From assembly GCA_963666205.1 (NCBI GenBank), contig OY762654.1, positions 1,408,001-1,472,000 of the forward strand: a stretch of DNA of 64,000 nucleotides, given 5' to 3'. Source of the stretch: Synergistales bacterium (GTDB lineage Bacteria > Synergistota > Synergistia > Synergistales > JAFGMB01). Positions 30,750 to 41,489 of this stretch are shown one piece after another. The notes below the pieces were generated by a model. That model had not been told where the DNA came from. It made no database searches and saw nothing but the letters and a program-made list of their open reading frames with translations. A program made the translations under genes and the position numbers. Each line of letters opens with the position of its first letter. The stretch's first letter is position 1.

Positions 30750-31589
30750 CTATACAGAGGCCAGAAATTGATCAATAACGTCAATGTAATCGTCCGGAAG
30801 ATGAGCGTCTAATCGCTGCTCGACGGCGTGAAGCAGGGTGACTCGCTGAGTAATACCTTCCAGTATTAAGCCTGAAACAATCTTTAAAAGACGATTTTGT
30901 TCCCAAAACTCCTCAACTCGTACGGGTAGGCTATGAGATTCAACATACCATTCAACGGAGAACTGTTCAATTTTCTCCATCAATTTTTGAAACATTGCCG
31001 CAGTATAACAGGGAGTCGGGGCATACATGTTCGGGGCAAATGCATCACTCAAAAAGAGTGTGCGTTCCTCCTTAACATAAATCGCCAAGACGTCATTTGA
31101 ATGATCGGTGGGAATCCAATGAAGTTCGCAGGTAATACCGCCTAAATCAAGAATCAGGAGGCGCTCAAAATAGACGGATGGCAAACTGACCTGAATGTTT
31201 CGAGTATCCCCATATTCCTTGCGAATGGCATCAGCACAAAAGACGATCTCTTCTCCATCATGAACGCGTTGAAAAAGAGCCTCATCATCCCAACTCAAAC
31301 CTTTGAGACATGACAGGTTTTGGGCGATATTTTTGTGCCCAATTGCAGGTATTGAGAGATGAGACAAACCAAACGTATGATCCCAATGCCAATGTGTAAG
31401 AACGACCCAATCGGGATTTCTCTGTGTGCTGGCCTTCAGGGACTCCAGGAAAAGATCGGCGTGGGCAGGGGAATTCCCGGCATCGATCATTAGAACAGCA
31501 TCGTTTCCAAGGATGGCGGCAAGGATGGGGCGGTCAGTGGACGAGTCTGGCGGAAGATACAGAATTCGATCAGTGAGTTTTTTTAACAT
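30750..31589 (-). CDS. MBL-fold metallo-hydrolase
   Basis: IDAGNSPAHA, THWHWDH motif; start at ATG 31589. Confidence 0.88.
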   Translation of the reverse strand: MLKKLTDRILYLPPDSSTDRPILAAILGNDAVLMIDAGNSPAHADLFLESLKASTQRNPDWVVLTHWHWDHTFGLSHLSIPAIGHKNIAQNLSCLKGLSWDDEALFQRVHDGEEIVFCADAIRKEYGDTRNIQVSLPSVYFERLLILDLGGITCELHWIPTDHSNDVLAIYVKEERTLFLSDAFAPNMYAPTPCYTAAMFQKLMEKIEQFSVEWYVESHSLPVRVEEFWEQNRLLKIVSGLILEGITQRVTLLHAVEQRLDAHLPDDYIDVIDQFLASV

Positions 31590-31732
31590 ATGACAGTCCT
31601 TAATCTGATGTTGTCTTGCTTGAGACGAAGTCCTCCTGCACATTGTCTATATACAGATGGAGTGAGATATAATGCTTCATTTGTCTTGCCACCTTATTTA
31701 AAACCATAAAATCCTGTTCATAACGGATGACT

Positions 31733-31795
31733 TCCGCCGCAAATCATCATGCAAAGAAGTTAAGGCGGACTTACAGCGCTGAACCCACGCAGAGG
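31733..31795 (+). repeat. Dispersed hairpin repeat, same family as 9713-10170
   Basis: TCCGCCGCAAATCATC...GTTAAGGCGGACTTACAGC. Confidence 0.85.
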
Positions 31796-31868
31796 AAGAT
31801 CATAGACCCTTTATGTCACTGTGCAAAATGATGATACCATTTTCCTTATTCTATTTGCTGTAAGAATT

Positions 31869-32558
31869 TTAATGTGGGTTATACCCTCTGGAATGCGGAC
31901 AAAGGACTCTACATTCAAAGCATTTGATTCTCCATTCTCCACCATCTTCTTCTCCAAATGCATAATCCCAGCATTTCTTTTGATCCATAAAGTGGCTTCC
32001 ATCTATTACATGTACAGGACACTTATCAATACAGATCGAACAGTTCGTATTACAAGGATTTTTCTCGAGCACTTTATCACACTCAAGCTTAGCGGATGTA
32101 ATTATTGCACCAAGCCACACCATATTCCCATATTCTGGAGTTATCAATAATGTATTCTTTCCGATAACGCCTAATCCAGCTTGATAAGCAGCATTCTTTA
32201 ATGAGATCAAGCCTGTTTTCTTTTCGATCTCATGATTGTAATTACATGGATCAATTGCACCAGTCGGAATGGCAGAATAGCCATTATCCTCAAGATAATA
32301 CGCTAGTTGAACAGTAATATCATCAATATATCTGCTAAGATTATTCCTCAGAATAGTATAAGGGATTGTACTATTAGATTTTACTGTGCTACCAAGAAAC
32401 TTTTTAGCAACGGCAATGACTGACTTTGCATCAGGAAGCAATGCTACAGGATTTGATTGTCCCGGCATATAGAGGAAACGGTCAGTTGAAGCAATACCAC
32501 ATAAATCACAGCCGATCTGTTTCGCTTTCTCTTTAATAGCAGCTGCTGTAATGCCCAT
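31869..32558 (-). CDS. Epoxyqueuosine reductase-like 4Fe-4S protein
   Basis: GCDLCGIA, AGLGVIGKNTLLITPEYG, CxxxCxxCxxxCP, CxxCxxxCP. Confidence 0.8.
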   Translation of the reverse strand: MGITAAAIKEKAKQIGCDLCGIASTDRFLYMPGQSNPVALLPDAKSVIAVAKKFLGSTVKSNSTIPYTILRNNLSRYIDDITVQLAYYLEDNGYSAIPTGAIDPCNYNHEIEKKTGLISLKNAAYQAGLGVIGKNTLLITPEYGNMVWLGAIITSAKLECDKVLEKNPCNTNCSICIDKCPVHVIDGSHFMDQKKCWDYAFGEEDGGEWRIKCFECRVLCPHSRGYNPH

Positions 32559-32731
32559 AGAATTTTTCCCTTCCTTGTCTTCAGAGATATCATCCTATTA
32601 CAGTTGAAAATCAAATTGACATATTACGTATGCACTGGCATTAATTCAACTGGCATATTCACCTTTTGTCCAGTGCATGCAAATGTTATGTTATTTTTCT
32701 GAGTTAAACAGTATATTTCCTGTATTCTTTA

Positions 32732-33775
32732 TTACATCAATTTATTAAGAATTTTTATCATGACCTGAAATGCCAAACCGGGCTTTGCCTGCTGATTTAC
32801 AGTACCCGTTATGTAGATATCCATATCCGGCACATAAAATGCTACTGATCCAGTGGAACCGCAATGGCCTATCATTTCGGGCACGGGATGGAAGGGTGAC
32901 AGTATTCGGGATATTTTGAATTTCTGTATGCCTATTCCGTATTTAAATGGAGAGAAAATGCTATTCCATTTCTCCAGTTCATTCAGCCTTTCCTTGGGGA
33001 AAAAGTAACCATTGAAGAATGCTTTTAAAAACGTCATCTGGTCCTTTGCGGTTGAAATAATGTCACATTGCGTAGAAGCAAAGAAAAGGGGCAGGTGTAT
33101 GATTTCCGATTTATAACGGATAGGAACATAACCTTTATCATCTGTATCTTTGCAAACATATGTCTCCGTAAGGTTAAGCTCCTTGAACAGGTTCTGAAGG
33201 ACAATATTTACCGGCTTTCCTGTAACCTTTTCTACAACCAGACTCAGTAAGTGATGATTCGTGTCGGCATATTTTGCCTTGCCCTCCTCACCGGGAGGGA
33301 AATGGGCTTTCATTTTTTTCACTTCTCTTATGACTTTATCAATTGGCCAGGGTTGATCAAGACCTGCTTCAAGCTCATCCATTACCTTTTTTCCGTTAGA
33401 TTGTTTATCCATCAGATAACAGGGGAGACCGGAGGTATGGGACACCAGATGGCCGATGGTTATATCATTCGAGTAATCTCTGCCTTTATAAGAATGCAAT
33501 CCCTGGATCAGATCAGCCGACAAGTATTTTGAGATCTTGTCCTCCAGATCTAATGTGTTTTCGGCATATAATTTCAGGATGATCGCAGAGATAAACAACT
33601 TATTTATACTGGCGATATAGTATTGGCTGTTTTCTTTTATTTCCCCGGATGCGCTTATCATGTCAATGCTACTATTGCCAGTGGAAACGCAAAAAACAGC
33701 TCCGTAAATATTTTTCTTTTCGACGATATCACTTACTAATTGATCCAGGATCGAGTTATCAAGTTTTTCCTTCAT
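32732..33775 (-). CDS. Serine hydrolase, beta-lactamase/penicillin-binding family
   Basis: ASINK (SxxK), SHTSGL, YADTN, GHCGSTG; GGAGGA SD before ATG 33775. Confidence 0.87.
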   Translation of the reverse strand: MKEKLDNSILDQLVSDIVEKKNIYGAVFCVSTGNSSIDMISASGEIKENSQYYIASINKLFISAIILKLYAENTLDLEDKISKYLSADLIQGLHSYKGRDYSNDITIGHLVSHTSGLPCYLMDKQSNGKKVMDELEAGLDQPWPIDKVIREVKKMKAHFPPGEEGKAKYADTNHHLLSLVVEKVTGKPVNIVLQNLFKELNLTETYVCKDTDDKGYVPIRYKSEIIHLPLFFASTQCDIISTAKDQMTFLKAFFNGYFFPKERLNELEKWNSIFSPFKYGIGIQKFKISRILSPFHPVPEMIGHCGSTGSVAFYVPDMDIYITGTVNQQAKPGLAFQVMIKILNKLM

Positions 33776-34181
33776 TTGTTCCTCCGATACAATGGGGTAA
33801 TGATTTTCAGACTTCATCCCCAAACCCAGAGACCATAGTGCGCCAGGTCCGGCAATAACGATACAAAAAAATAACAATTTTGTATCGTTCATTATTCTTT
33901 TCTTTACTTACATTACAATTCCTTCACATTAAGGTTACTAGATTTTCAATAAAAACATCGGCAATATTCTGGTATATTTTTAACTTATTAGGAGATCAAT
34001 TGTTTGTCAAGACATAGATTCATCTTGCAGAAAGAAACAGTGACAAACTAATGTTGACTTTAGCCAACCAAAAGAAATTTTTGTAAAATGTAATCAGCAA
34101 TCGAAAACCAGGAATTGTGAAATACCCTGCAGACCCCTCGATGAGTTGAAACGCACCCTGCGGGTTTCAGGAAAGAAATAT

Positions 34182-34225
34182 AAAAAGGGGAATTGATGCG
34201 ATTTACCACACCAATTCCCCTTTTT
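34182..34225. terminator. Intrinsic terminator (potentially bidirectional)
   Basis: AAAAAGGGGAATTG...CAATTCCCCTTTTT. Confidence 0.75.
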
Positions 34226-34255
34226 AATTCCAGGATGCGCTACAGATTATAATCA

Positions 34256-35416
34256 TTACTGTTCTTTTCTGTAAACCACTTCTCCATCGATCATTGTCAT
34301 AAGGGCGCTGGATCTGCTGTCCAGGGGATCTCCGTCCCACATTACGAGATCAGCATCCTTTCCTTTTTCAATGCTTCCAACCCTGTCCTGAATTCCGAGA
34401 TGCTCTGCTGCATAGAGGGTTATGCACTTCAATGCATCCTCCCTTGAAAGACCTGCCCGGAAGGCGAGGGATGCGCAGAGGGACAGATGCTCTATGGGGA
34501 TGACAGGGTGATCTGTGATCATGCACACGTGGCATCCTGCGTCAAGAAGTTTTTTCATGGTTTCCCAGCTCTTGTTCTTCAACTCCAGTTTCGATCTGCT
34601 GGACATGGTGGGACCCACCGCGGCCATTACTTTTTTCTTTCCCAGATATCCAGCAATGATATGACCTTCCGTACAGTGTTCAATGGTATATTTCACGCCA
34701 AATTCCTCGCAGATCCTTATGGCCGTTGCTATATCGTCAGCCCTGTGGGCATGGATGCTCAAAGGTATTTCTCCTTCAAGCACAGGGACCAGGGATTCCC
34801 ATGCCAGGTCCCGCTCGTGGAAACTTTCTTTTTCTGAAGCGTCCATTTCTTTTTCAATGTAGTTCTGAGCTTTTATAAAGGCATCCCTCATACAGGCGGC
34901 ATTTCCCATTCTGGTGGTGGGAAGAACCTTCTTCTCCTTGTAGACTCCTATGGGATTTTCACCCAGGGCTGCTTTCATTGAAGAAGGGGCGAGTATGACC
35001 ATCTCATCCACAATGGTGCCGCGGGTTTTTATGACGGCACCCTGCCCGCCTATGACATTGGCACTTCCTGGCAGGGTCTGTACACAGGTCACCCCTCCCG
35101 AAAGGGCATCCTGAAAAGCTGTATCCTGAGGTGTGAAAGAATCTATTATCCTCAATTGAGGGGTTACGGGAGATGTCATCTCATTGCCGTCAGTGAATGA
35201 TTCCGGGATCCCCTGCTCAAAGGCCCCTATATGAGTATGGGCATCGATAAGGCCTGGTGTTATGAAGCGGTCTTCCGCATCAATGATCCCGGCATCGGGG
35301 GGAATGGTCACGTCACTGCCAACAGCAATTATTTTGTTTCCATCCACGAGGATAACGCCGTCTTCAATTGTCCCGTCCGATATCGTTTCGATCCTTGCAT
35401 TTATAAAGGCTTTCAT
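34256..35416 (-). CDS. Metal-dependent amidohydrolase (TIM-barrel)
   Basis: PGLIDAHTH, KAALGENP, HAHRADDI, EHCTEG, TDHPV, GKDADLV. Confidence 0.9.
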   Translation of the reverse strand: MKAFINARIETISDGTIEDGVILVDGNKIIAVGSDVTIPPDAGIIDAEDRFITPGLIDAHTHIGAFEQGIPESFTDGNEMTSPVTPQLRIIDSFTPQDTAFQDALSGGVTCVQTLPGSANVIGGQGAVIKTRGTIVDEMVILAPSSMKAALGENPIGVYKEKKVLPTTRMGNAACMRDAFIKAQNYIEKEMDASEKESFHERDLAWESLVPVLEGEIPLSIHAHRADDIATAIRICEEFGVKYTIEHCTEGHIIAGYLGKKKVMAAVGPTMSSRSKLELKNKSWETMKKLLDAGCHVCMITDHPVIPIEHLSLCASLAFRAGLSREDALKCITLYAAEHLGIQDRVGSIEKGKDADLVMWDGDPLDSRSSALMTMIDGEVVYRKEQ

Positions 35417-35618
35417 TATTTTCCTCCTGTCATATCTTTTCCCTGGATCTTGTGAATGGACCTTATTTTCAGATCACATCATTTCAGCATAGGTCAAACT
35501 CACGGTTGATCCTGTCATGGGCTTACCTGAAAAAGTTTAATGAGGGAAATATCCTGACCCCTGAAACCGCTGGCATGATAAGGAAATACCAGGCCGGAAA
35601 ATTCGTAGAATTACCGGA

Positions 35619-36218
35619 TCATGTCAATTCGGAAAGACTGCCGTTCTCCTCGATCAGATCTTCAAGTTCGACTACTACCCTTCGGAGTTCATTCACCAGG
35701 GGTCTGTGGTACTGGCAGGCATCATATATCTCGAGAAGGCTTTTATAGTACCAGAGCTGTTTTTCGGGAGGAGCACTGAAACGCTTCCAGAAGTCTTCGA
35801 AGCTGCTGGTGTGCTGAAGGTCCAGCAGGGTACACCTCGCATTGTGGAGCTTGTCAGAAAGAGACACCAGCAGAACAGAAGGGTCTGCGGTCCTCATATC
35901 CTCTATGTACCGGGCTTTTCTCGGCTCCCAGGGAGGCTTTGGATTAGTGTAGGCATCCGTGCAGTGGTCGACAATTTCGGCAACCCTGTCACCGAAAAGG
36001 CTACGAATCTCTTCAAGGGCCTTTTCCCCACCCTGATCCTCCACCACATCATGAAGGAGAGCAGCAATGGCTTCATCCTCATTCCCCCCATGTTCGATCA
36101 CGAGGCCGGAAACGGCCATCAGATGGGAAATATAAGGGGTACTGGATCCTTTACGGATCTGATCCTTATGTTTTATGAAGGCATATTCGAAGGCCTTCAG
36201 ATATTTTTCTGAAAGCAA
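35619..36218 (-). CDS. HD-domain protein, Mesh1/small alarmone hydrolase-like
   Basis: HKDQIRKG..PYISH, ALLHDVVED, SDKLHNAR. Confidence 0.82.
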   Translation of the reverse strand: MLSEKYLKAFEYAFIKHKDQIRKGSSTPYISHLMAVSGLVIEHGGNEDEAIAALLHDVVEDQGGEKALEEIRSLFGDRVAEIVDHCTDAYTNPKPPWEPRKARYIEDMRTADPSVLLVSLSDKLHNARCTLLDLQHTSSFEDFWKRFSAPPEKQLWYYKSLLEIYDACQYHRPLVNELRRVVVELEDLIEENGSLSELT

Positions 36219-36299
36219 ATGTCATCTCCCCTCCTCTGATCCTGTTTTTATGAAATATCCAGCATTCCTCTATTCAGATAATTATTCAGTATATCATTT

Positions 36300-36752
36300 T
36301 CAGGGATATCTGGGCTCATCCTTTATTTTCTCATAATAGCTCTTCATACCAAGTTCTTTCATCAGTTGATTGTTACTTTCCCAACTCTGTTTCAGACCTT
36401 CCGGGAAACCGTGTCTGTCACATGGAAACTGGTCACACTGAAAACAGAAGTCCACTTCTTTTTCCCTGATGCAGTCTTTGACCTGACAGGCCTTAAAAAG
36501 ACACTCCCCATTGCGGCAGCCTTTGCATGTTCCGCCAGTAAGATGATCCAGAAGTTCAGAAAAGGCAGGGTAATTTGTAAAAACAGGATCCATAGCAGAA
36601 AACCTGGAAGCATAGGCGGCAAAATTATCCCCAAGTAAATGTTTCAGATTTTCTGCCGTTCTCTGTATATCTCCTCCTTCAAAGGCCAGACACTTTCCGC
36701 AGTTCAGTCCGCATGGTCCCAATATTTTCAGGAAATCTTCATAGTCTTCCAT
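36300..36752 (-). CDS. DUF3795 Cys-rich protein
   Basis: PCGLNCGKC, CKGCR, FCFQCDQFPC; AGGAG SD before ATG 36752. Confidence 0.8.
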   Translation of the reverse strand: MEDYEDFLKILGPCGLNCGKCLAFEGGDIQRTAENLKHLLGDNFAAYASRFSAMDPVFTNYPAFSELLDHLTGGTCKGCRNGECLFKACQVKDCIREKEVDFCFQCDQFPCDRHGFPEGLKQSWESNNQLMKELGMKSYYEKIKDEPRYP

Positions 36753-37034
36753 TGCTATTCTCCTTTTTTCGTACAATTATGAGAGGATCCACTGATAAAG
36801 TTCGTCCTGTCAATTTCTGAGATCTTTCTTCCATGTTGATATTAATATATCTTCCCGCAGAAGGAATAGAATGGAAAGGTCATAATGAAAATATCAGATA
36901 AAATATTTACTGAGGTTCGGCTAATGAAGCCAGATGCCTTACCTTTTTTCTTCTGTTCCTTTTCTTCCTCTTTATAACTTCTAACCGGAACATTTTTTAC
37001 CACTATGAAAGGGTAGACATAAGAAATGGCGGTA

Positions 37035-39221
37035 TCACTTATACATTGAAAAAAATGGAATAGCAGGGGCTTCATATAACAAATGACCTTCGGTTCTGAA
37101 ATTATCGGAAAGCTCTACTATATAGGCCTTCCCGTCTGAAAAGAAGGGATCTCCTGCAAAGTTTTTACCCAATCCCGGTGGGGAAAGCTGTACTATGGAA
37201 AAATGTTTTACTGAGCCGCTTTTCTCTAGATCTGAAAAAAGGAGCTCCCTTTCCGTATCCAGGTCAGGCCCTATCCTGTGGGTTACCGCCCATTTTATGC
37301 CACTGTCGAAACTGACTGTCATCACGAGAATATCCTGCCCTTCATCACTTTTCATTCCCGTTCCCCAGATCCTGCAATGATGGCGTTTTCTTATGCTGAC
37401 CTCCTCGGTAGGCTTCTGAAACCCGAACTCATGAACCTTGCCATTCCAGAAGGAAGGGGTCATGGGTGCATTGTTATAACCTCTATTTAAAATTGCAGCC
37501 CGGGCAGCCAGGGAGAGAGATGAAAATGATACTTCATCTGCCATGAACCACCCGGAGCTTTTAAAGATATCTATCACTTCCTGGCTGTTATTAACTAACA
37601 AGACCATGCTTATGGGTTCCTGGGGTGAACCCGTCAGAGACTCGGTATGAGCAGGAAGCTTTCCTTCCTGAAAAAGACTCGCTATATCCGGCCCTGCGAC
37701 CTGGATTAAGGGAGACTGATGAACCATTTCGACAGGGTTATACACCATTCCATAGATCCCGTAAAATATCAGCTGCGATGCCAGGATCACCCCGGTAATA
37801 ACTTTAACAATGGAAGGATCAGTTGGTGGAAGAACTCGCTGTTCCTTCTTTTCTGACCCTTCTCTCCATTCCTGGAAACTTACCGCAGGAATAAGCCAGA
37901 GCATCCCGAGGAGGTATCCGGCCAGGACATCGCTGAGGTAATGAACACCAAGGTAAAGCCTGCTTAACCCTATAGCAAAGATGATAAGGGAACCGCCAAA
38001 GAAAAGGTTTACCTTCCTGCTCCAGCCATGAATATTACGTACCAGGAAATAGGTAATAAAACCATAGAAAGCCACAGCTACCGATGCATGACCACTGGGA
38101 AAGGAGAAAGTATTTTCAAGGTAGAAGGCAACCTCAGGCCTGGGCCTATGAAAGGCCAGCTTGCCTACCTGGGTAAAAAGCTGACTGCCGGCAATTGCTC
38201 CCCAGAGGGGCAGAATATAGCTCCCCTTCCCCCAGATCCTGAAAAGAACAGATGCGGAAATTGCGAAAAACAGAATGACCCATGATCTTCCGAGGAGGGT
38301 TATCCATAGAAAAACCCTTATGGTCGTTGGGTGTCGAAATACAGAAATGAGATTTTCTATTCTTATATCAGTGGCAACAACAGGATCAGCCATGAGCAGG
38401 TCTCCTATTAAGCCAAGAAGCAGGGAAAGAACATATATGAAGGTTATGATAAGGAGGGTTACAGGCATTCCAGTAAAACGGGTCCTGTCCAGACGTTTCC
38501 GGACAAACATCACAAGCACGGGGTGCTTTCTTACGAAAAACCGGATACCCTCATTTTTCCAGAAAGCTTCCCTTACCGCTTGGGAAATGTCTGCGAGAAG
38601 GGAAAATATCTGGCGGCCATACCTGGAGACAAAAACCTTCGCAAAATACACAACGCTGAATAAAAGGATAAAAATACCTGCTGCCAGTCCGGCTCTTGTA
38701 GTCCAGATCTCAATGATCTGCCAGGTTCTACCAAAGAAATATCCCAGGGAGAGGTAAAAAATGGCCCAGAGAAAAGCCCCGAAGATATTCCAGGGGAGGT
38801 ACCGTCCCGGATTCATGGCGGAAATTCCAGCAATAAACGGGATAAATGGTCTAAGGGGTCCTATGAATCTGGCAAGGAGAATACTTACTCCTCCCTTTTT
38901 CCCAAAATACTGCACTCCTCTTTTATAAAGGGCTGACTTGAAGATCCTGCTTTCCGGGTTAAAGAACCTGCTACCTTTTCTTCCGAGATAAAAGCTGATG
39001 CCATCTCCCATCATGGCTCCAATGGCAGCAAACCAGATGAGATCCCCCATGTCAAAAAGACCCCGGGAAGAAAGGAACCCGGCAAAAACGACAATGATAC
39101 TTCCAGGGACCGCAATCCCTGCAAAGGCTATGGCATCTGTCATACACACGAGCAGTATTAACCAGTACCCCGGGATCCGGAAATGTTCAAGAGCCGGTAA
39201 AAGCAGATCCATGGTCTTCAT
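37035..39221 (-). CDS. DedA / PAP2 phosphatase / LssY C-terminal fusion protein
   Basis: DedA (VPGS, ARFIGPLR); PAP2 motifs K...RPRP, SFPSGH, SRLYLGVHYLSD; C-terminal RHHCRIW...HRIGPDLDTER. Confidence 0.87.
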   Translation of the reverse strand: MKTMDLLLPALEHFRIPGYWLILLVCMTDAIAFAGIAVPGSIIVVFAGFLSSRGLFDMGDLIWFAAIGAMMGDGISFYLGRKGSRFFNPESRIFKSALYKRGVQYFGKKGGVSILLARFIGPLRPFIPFIAGISAMNPGRYLPWNIFGAFLWAIFYLSLGYFFGRTWQIIEIWTTRAGLAAGIFILLFSVVYFAKVFVSRYGRQIFSLLADISQAVREAFWKNEGIRFFVRKHPVLVMFVRKRLDRTRFTGMPVTLLIITFIYVLSLLLGLIGDLLMADPVVATDIRIENLISVFRHPTTIRVFLWITLLGRSWVILFFAISASVLFRIWGKGSYILPLWGAIAGSQLFTQVGKLAFHRPRPEVAFYLENTFSFPSGHASVAVAFYGFITYFLVRNIHGWSRKVNLFFGGSLIIFAIGLSRLYLGVHYLSDVLAGYLLGMLWLIPAVSFQEWREGSEKKEQRVLPPTDPSIVKVITGVILASQLIFYGIYGMVYNPVEMVHQSPLIQVAGPDIASLFQEGKLPAHTESLTGSPQEPISMVLLVNNSQEVIDIFKSSGWFMADEVSFSSLSLAARAAILNRGYNNAPMTPSFWNGKVHEFGFQKPTEEVSIRKRHHCRIWGTGMKSDEGQDILVMTVSFDSGIKWAVTHRIGPDLDTERELLFSDLEKSGSVKHFSIVQLSPPGLGKNFAGDPFFSDGKAYIVELSDNFRTEGHLLYEAPAIPFFSMYK

Positions 39222-39357
39222 ATAATCCTCTTTTCATTGGCTGAAACATAATTTCTGACCGTTGTAATATAATATCACTATAACTGGCTGAAACGAATAG
39301 TTGAGGTATTCCTATTGTTTATGTCAGGGAAACTGTTTTCCCCGGGGAGGGAAACCC

Positions 39358-40479
39358 ATGAATCTCATAGATATTTTTTATGTAACTGCCGGAGGGGGTC
39401 ACAGATCTGCAGCTCTTGCACTCAGAGAATCCCTTGCCGGACTGGGCAGGCTCAACATTATGACAGATCTGCTTGATTTCTCCAACAGGATATTTAAATG
39501 GACCTACAGCAGCGGATATGAATTTATCAGCGAGCACATACAGACCGCCCTCAAGGGCATGTACCGGCTTACCGATCAGGACAGGAAATCAAGCAGCTTT
39601 CTGCATATGGTCGATCTTCTGAGCCAGATGAACGTTCCTGGATTTGCGCACTATATAACAGATAATCCTGACATAACCTCTGTATGTACTCATTTTTTCC
39701 CTTCCACCGTCCTGTCAAGACTCAAAGAAGAGGGGAAATATAGAGGTAAGATCTATGTCTGCATAACGGATTACGGTTTTCATAAAATGTGGTTCACCGA
39801 AGGCGTTGACAGATTCTTTGTTGGAAGCACTACAGTAAAGGACAGTCTTCTGGACCTGGGGGTAAGGGAAGAAAGAATATCTCTGACGGGTATTCCCATA
39901 AAGAAAGTATTCAGCCTGCCAAAGGATAAAACCGGGATCCAGAACCGTGAGGATCTGAAAAAAGGCAAATTCACCCTGCTCTTCGTCACAAGCTCCATCC
40001 CTGATGCGGATGTGCTGGAAATACTTGACAGGCTATCTATTTGGGAACCGGACCTTAACCTTCTCATAGTATCGGGAAGAAATATGTCAATAAAGGAAAA
40101 ACTGTCCGGGATCAACTCAAGGGGAGATCTTACGATCAGAAAATACGGTTTTATTGATAATATGGATGAACTTATGGCCATCAGCGATCTTATGATAACA
40201 AAGCCAGGCGGATTGACATCCAGTGAAGCCCTTGCGATGGGAGTTCCCCTTCTGATGTACAGACCCATTCCGTACCAGGAGACCAACAATGCGGAATATA
40301 TTGAAAAGAGTGGATCCGGTCTGCTGGCTATATCCGAAGAGGATCTTCTGGAAAAAATACAATTCCTTTATTCCGGACCTTCGAAGTTGAAACAGATGGC
40401 CCATAACACCAGAAGTATAGCCTTTCCCAAATCCTCAGAGACGATCATCCGTACAATTCTGTCTGAGGAGACATCTTGA
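39358..40479 (+). CDS. MGDG synthase/UgtP-like glycosyltransferase (GT28)
   Basis: AGGGHRSAA, CTHFFP, ITDY, TGIPI, TKPGGLTSSE, QETNN. Confidence 0.85.
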   Translation: MNLIDIFYVTAGGGHRSAALALRESLAGLGRLNIMTDLLDFSNRIFKWTYSSGYEFISEHIQTALKGMYRLTDQDRKSSSFLHMVDLLSQMNVPGFAHYITDNPDITSVCTHFFPSTVLSRLKEEGKYRGKIYVCITDYGFHKMWFTEGVDRFFVGSTTVKDSLLDLGVREERISLTGIPIKKVFSLPKDKTGIQNREDLKKGKFTLLFVTSSIPDADVLEILDRLSIWEPDLNLLIVSGRNMSIKEKLSGINSRGDLTIRKYGFIDNMDELMAISDLMITKPGGLTSSEALAMGVPLLMYRPIPYQETNNAEYIEKSGSGLLAISEEDLLEKIQFLYSGPSKLKQMAHNTRSIAFPKSSETIIRTILSEETS

Positions 40480-40552
40480 CAGCTTAAACAAAGAGCTCTT
40501 TCCGGTCCGGGTAACTCCCTGAGAAACATAAATATCTCGAAAACATCGGGTG

Positions 40553-41287
40553 CTATCGTTTAAACTTCATTACTGCTGAATTATCTCCAAGATCAAGGTA
40601 CAGAGAACTTCCATCTATGTCAAAGGCTTTCACTTCAGTAAGATCCTTGAGAAATTTATCGTACAGGGATTGAGACAGGCACCAGGCAAGAGTTGAATGG
40701 GTTATAACGATCTCCAGCCTGTTGCCTCTGACTGTGAATGTACCTCCGGCATTATTGCAGTCGGCCTTTATTCTTATACTGCCATCGGGAAGGAACCTCA
40801 GGGTGTAATTTTCGGGATCACCTGGTACTCCTTTATCCTTGTTGTAGTAAATAGTTTCCTGCCATTTCCAGAGGGACTCCTTTTCCGGGGTTATCTTACT
40901 GTTTATTCTATCCCCCGCATCCTTTCCAAAGAGTATTTCCGTCAGCTCCCTGTCTGCTTCGCCGCTGCTGAAACAGATTTCTTCCATTTTCAGAAAATAG
41001 ATGGAGGGAGAAAGGTCTACACGATACCCGAATATTTCCTCGGCTGCCATGTTTCTCAATCGATCCAGAAGGACCTTTGCTGCATTCTCTCCCAGAAACA
41101 TTTCTGTGTATGCGATGCTGGGGCCAAACTTGTCATAACATATCTGTTCATCCAGATTACAGAGAACTCCCTGTTCAGGTGATGATAGATCTTTCGGAAG
41201 AGCAAATACAGGCGAAACTGATAGGATGAAAAAGATTAACAGGATCCCCCACAGGATAAATTTTCTTTCAAGATGCCCAATGAACAT
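40553..41287 (-). CDS. Exported protein with YcgJ-like N-terminal domain and C-terminal META domain
   Basis: Signal peptide; SPEQGVLC...CYD.FGPS; C-terminal ADCNNAGGTF...STLAWC. Confidence 0.65.
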   Translation of the reverse strand: MFIGHLERKFILWGILLIFFILSVSPVFALPKDLSSPEQGVLCNLDEQICYDKFGPSIAYTEMFLGENAAKVLLDRLRNMAAEEIFGYRVDLSPSIYFLKMEEICFSSGEADRELTEILFGKDAGDRINSKITPEKESLWKWQETIYYNKDKGVPGDPENYTLRFLPDGSIRIKADCNNAGGTFTVRGNRLEIVITHSTLAWCLSQSLYDKFLKDLTEVKAFDIDGSSLYLDLGDNSAVMKFKR

Positions 41288-41489
41288 CTGTCATACCTCC
41301 TCTGCAAGGAATAATATATCTGCAAGCAGGCTTTCTCCGTTGTGAAGACTGAAAAGAGGTGAAAGGGGAAGTTCCATGGAAATAAAGAAATAGAAGAAAG
41401 AAGCGATTCTATTGCTAAATACTAATATCATTTATTTAACAGGTCAACAAGATAAAACAGGATTGTTCCTTGAATTTTATAATCTGATG

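Noticed and set aside
30750-33775. Antibiotic-resistance call for the MBL-fold and serine hydrolase genes
   Set aside because: Fold membership only; no signal peptides at the likely starts and no class-specific beta-lactamase signatures
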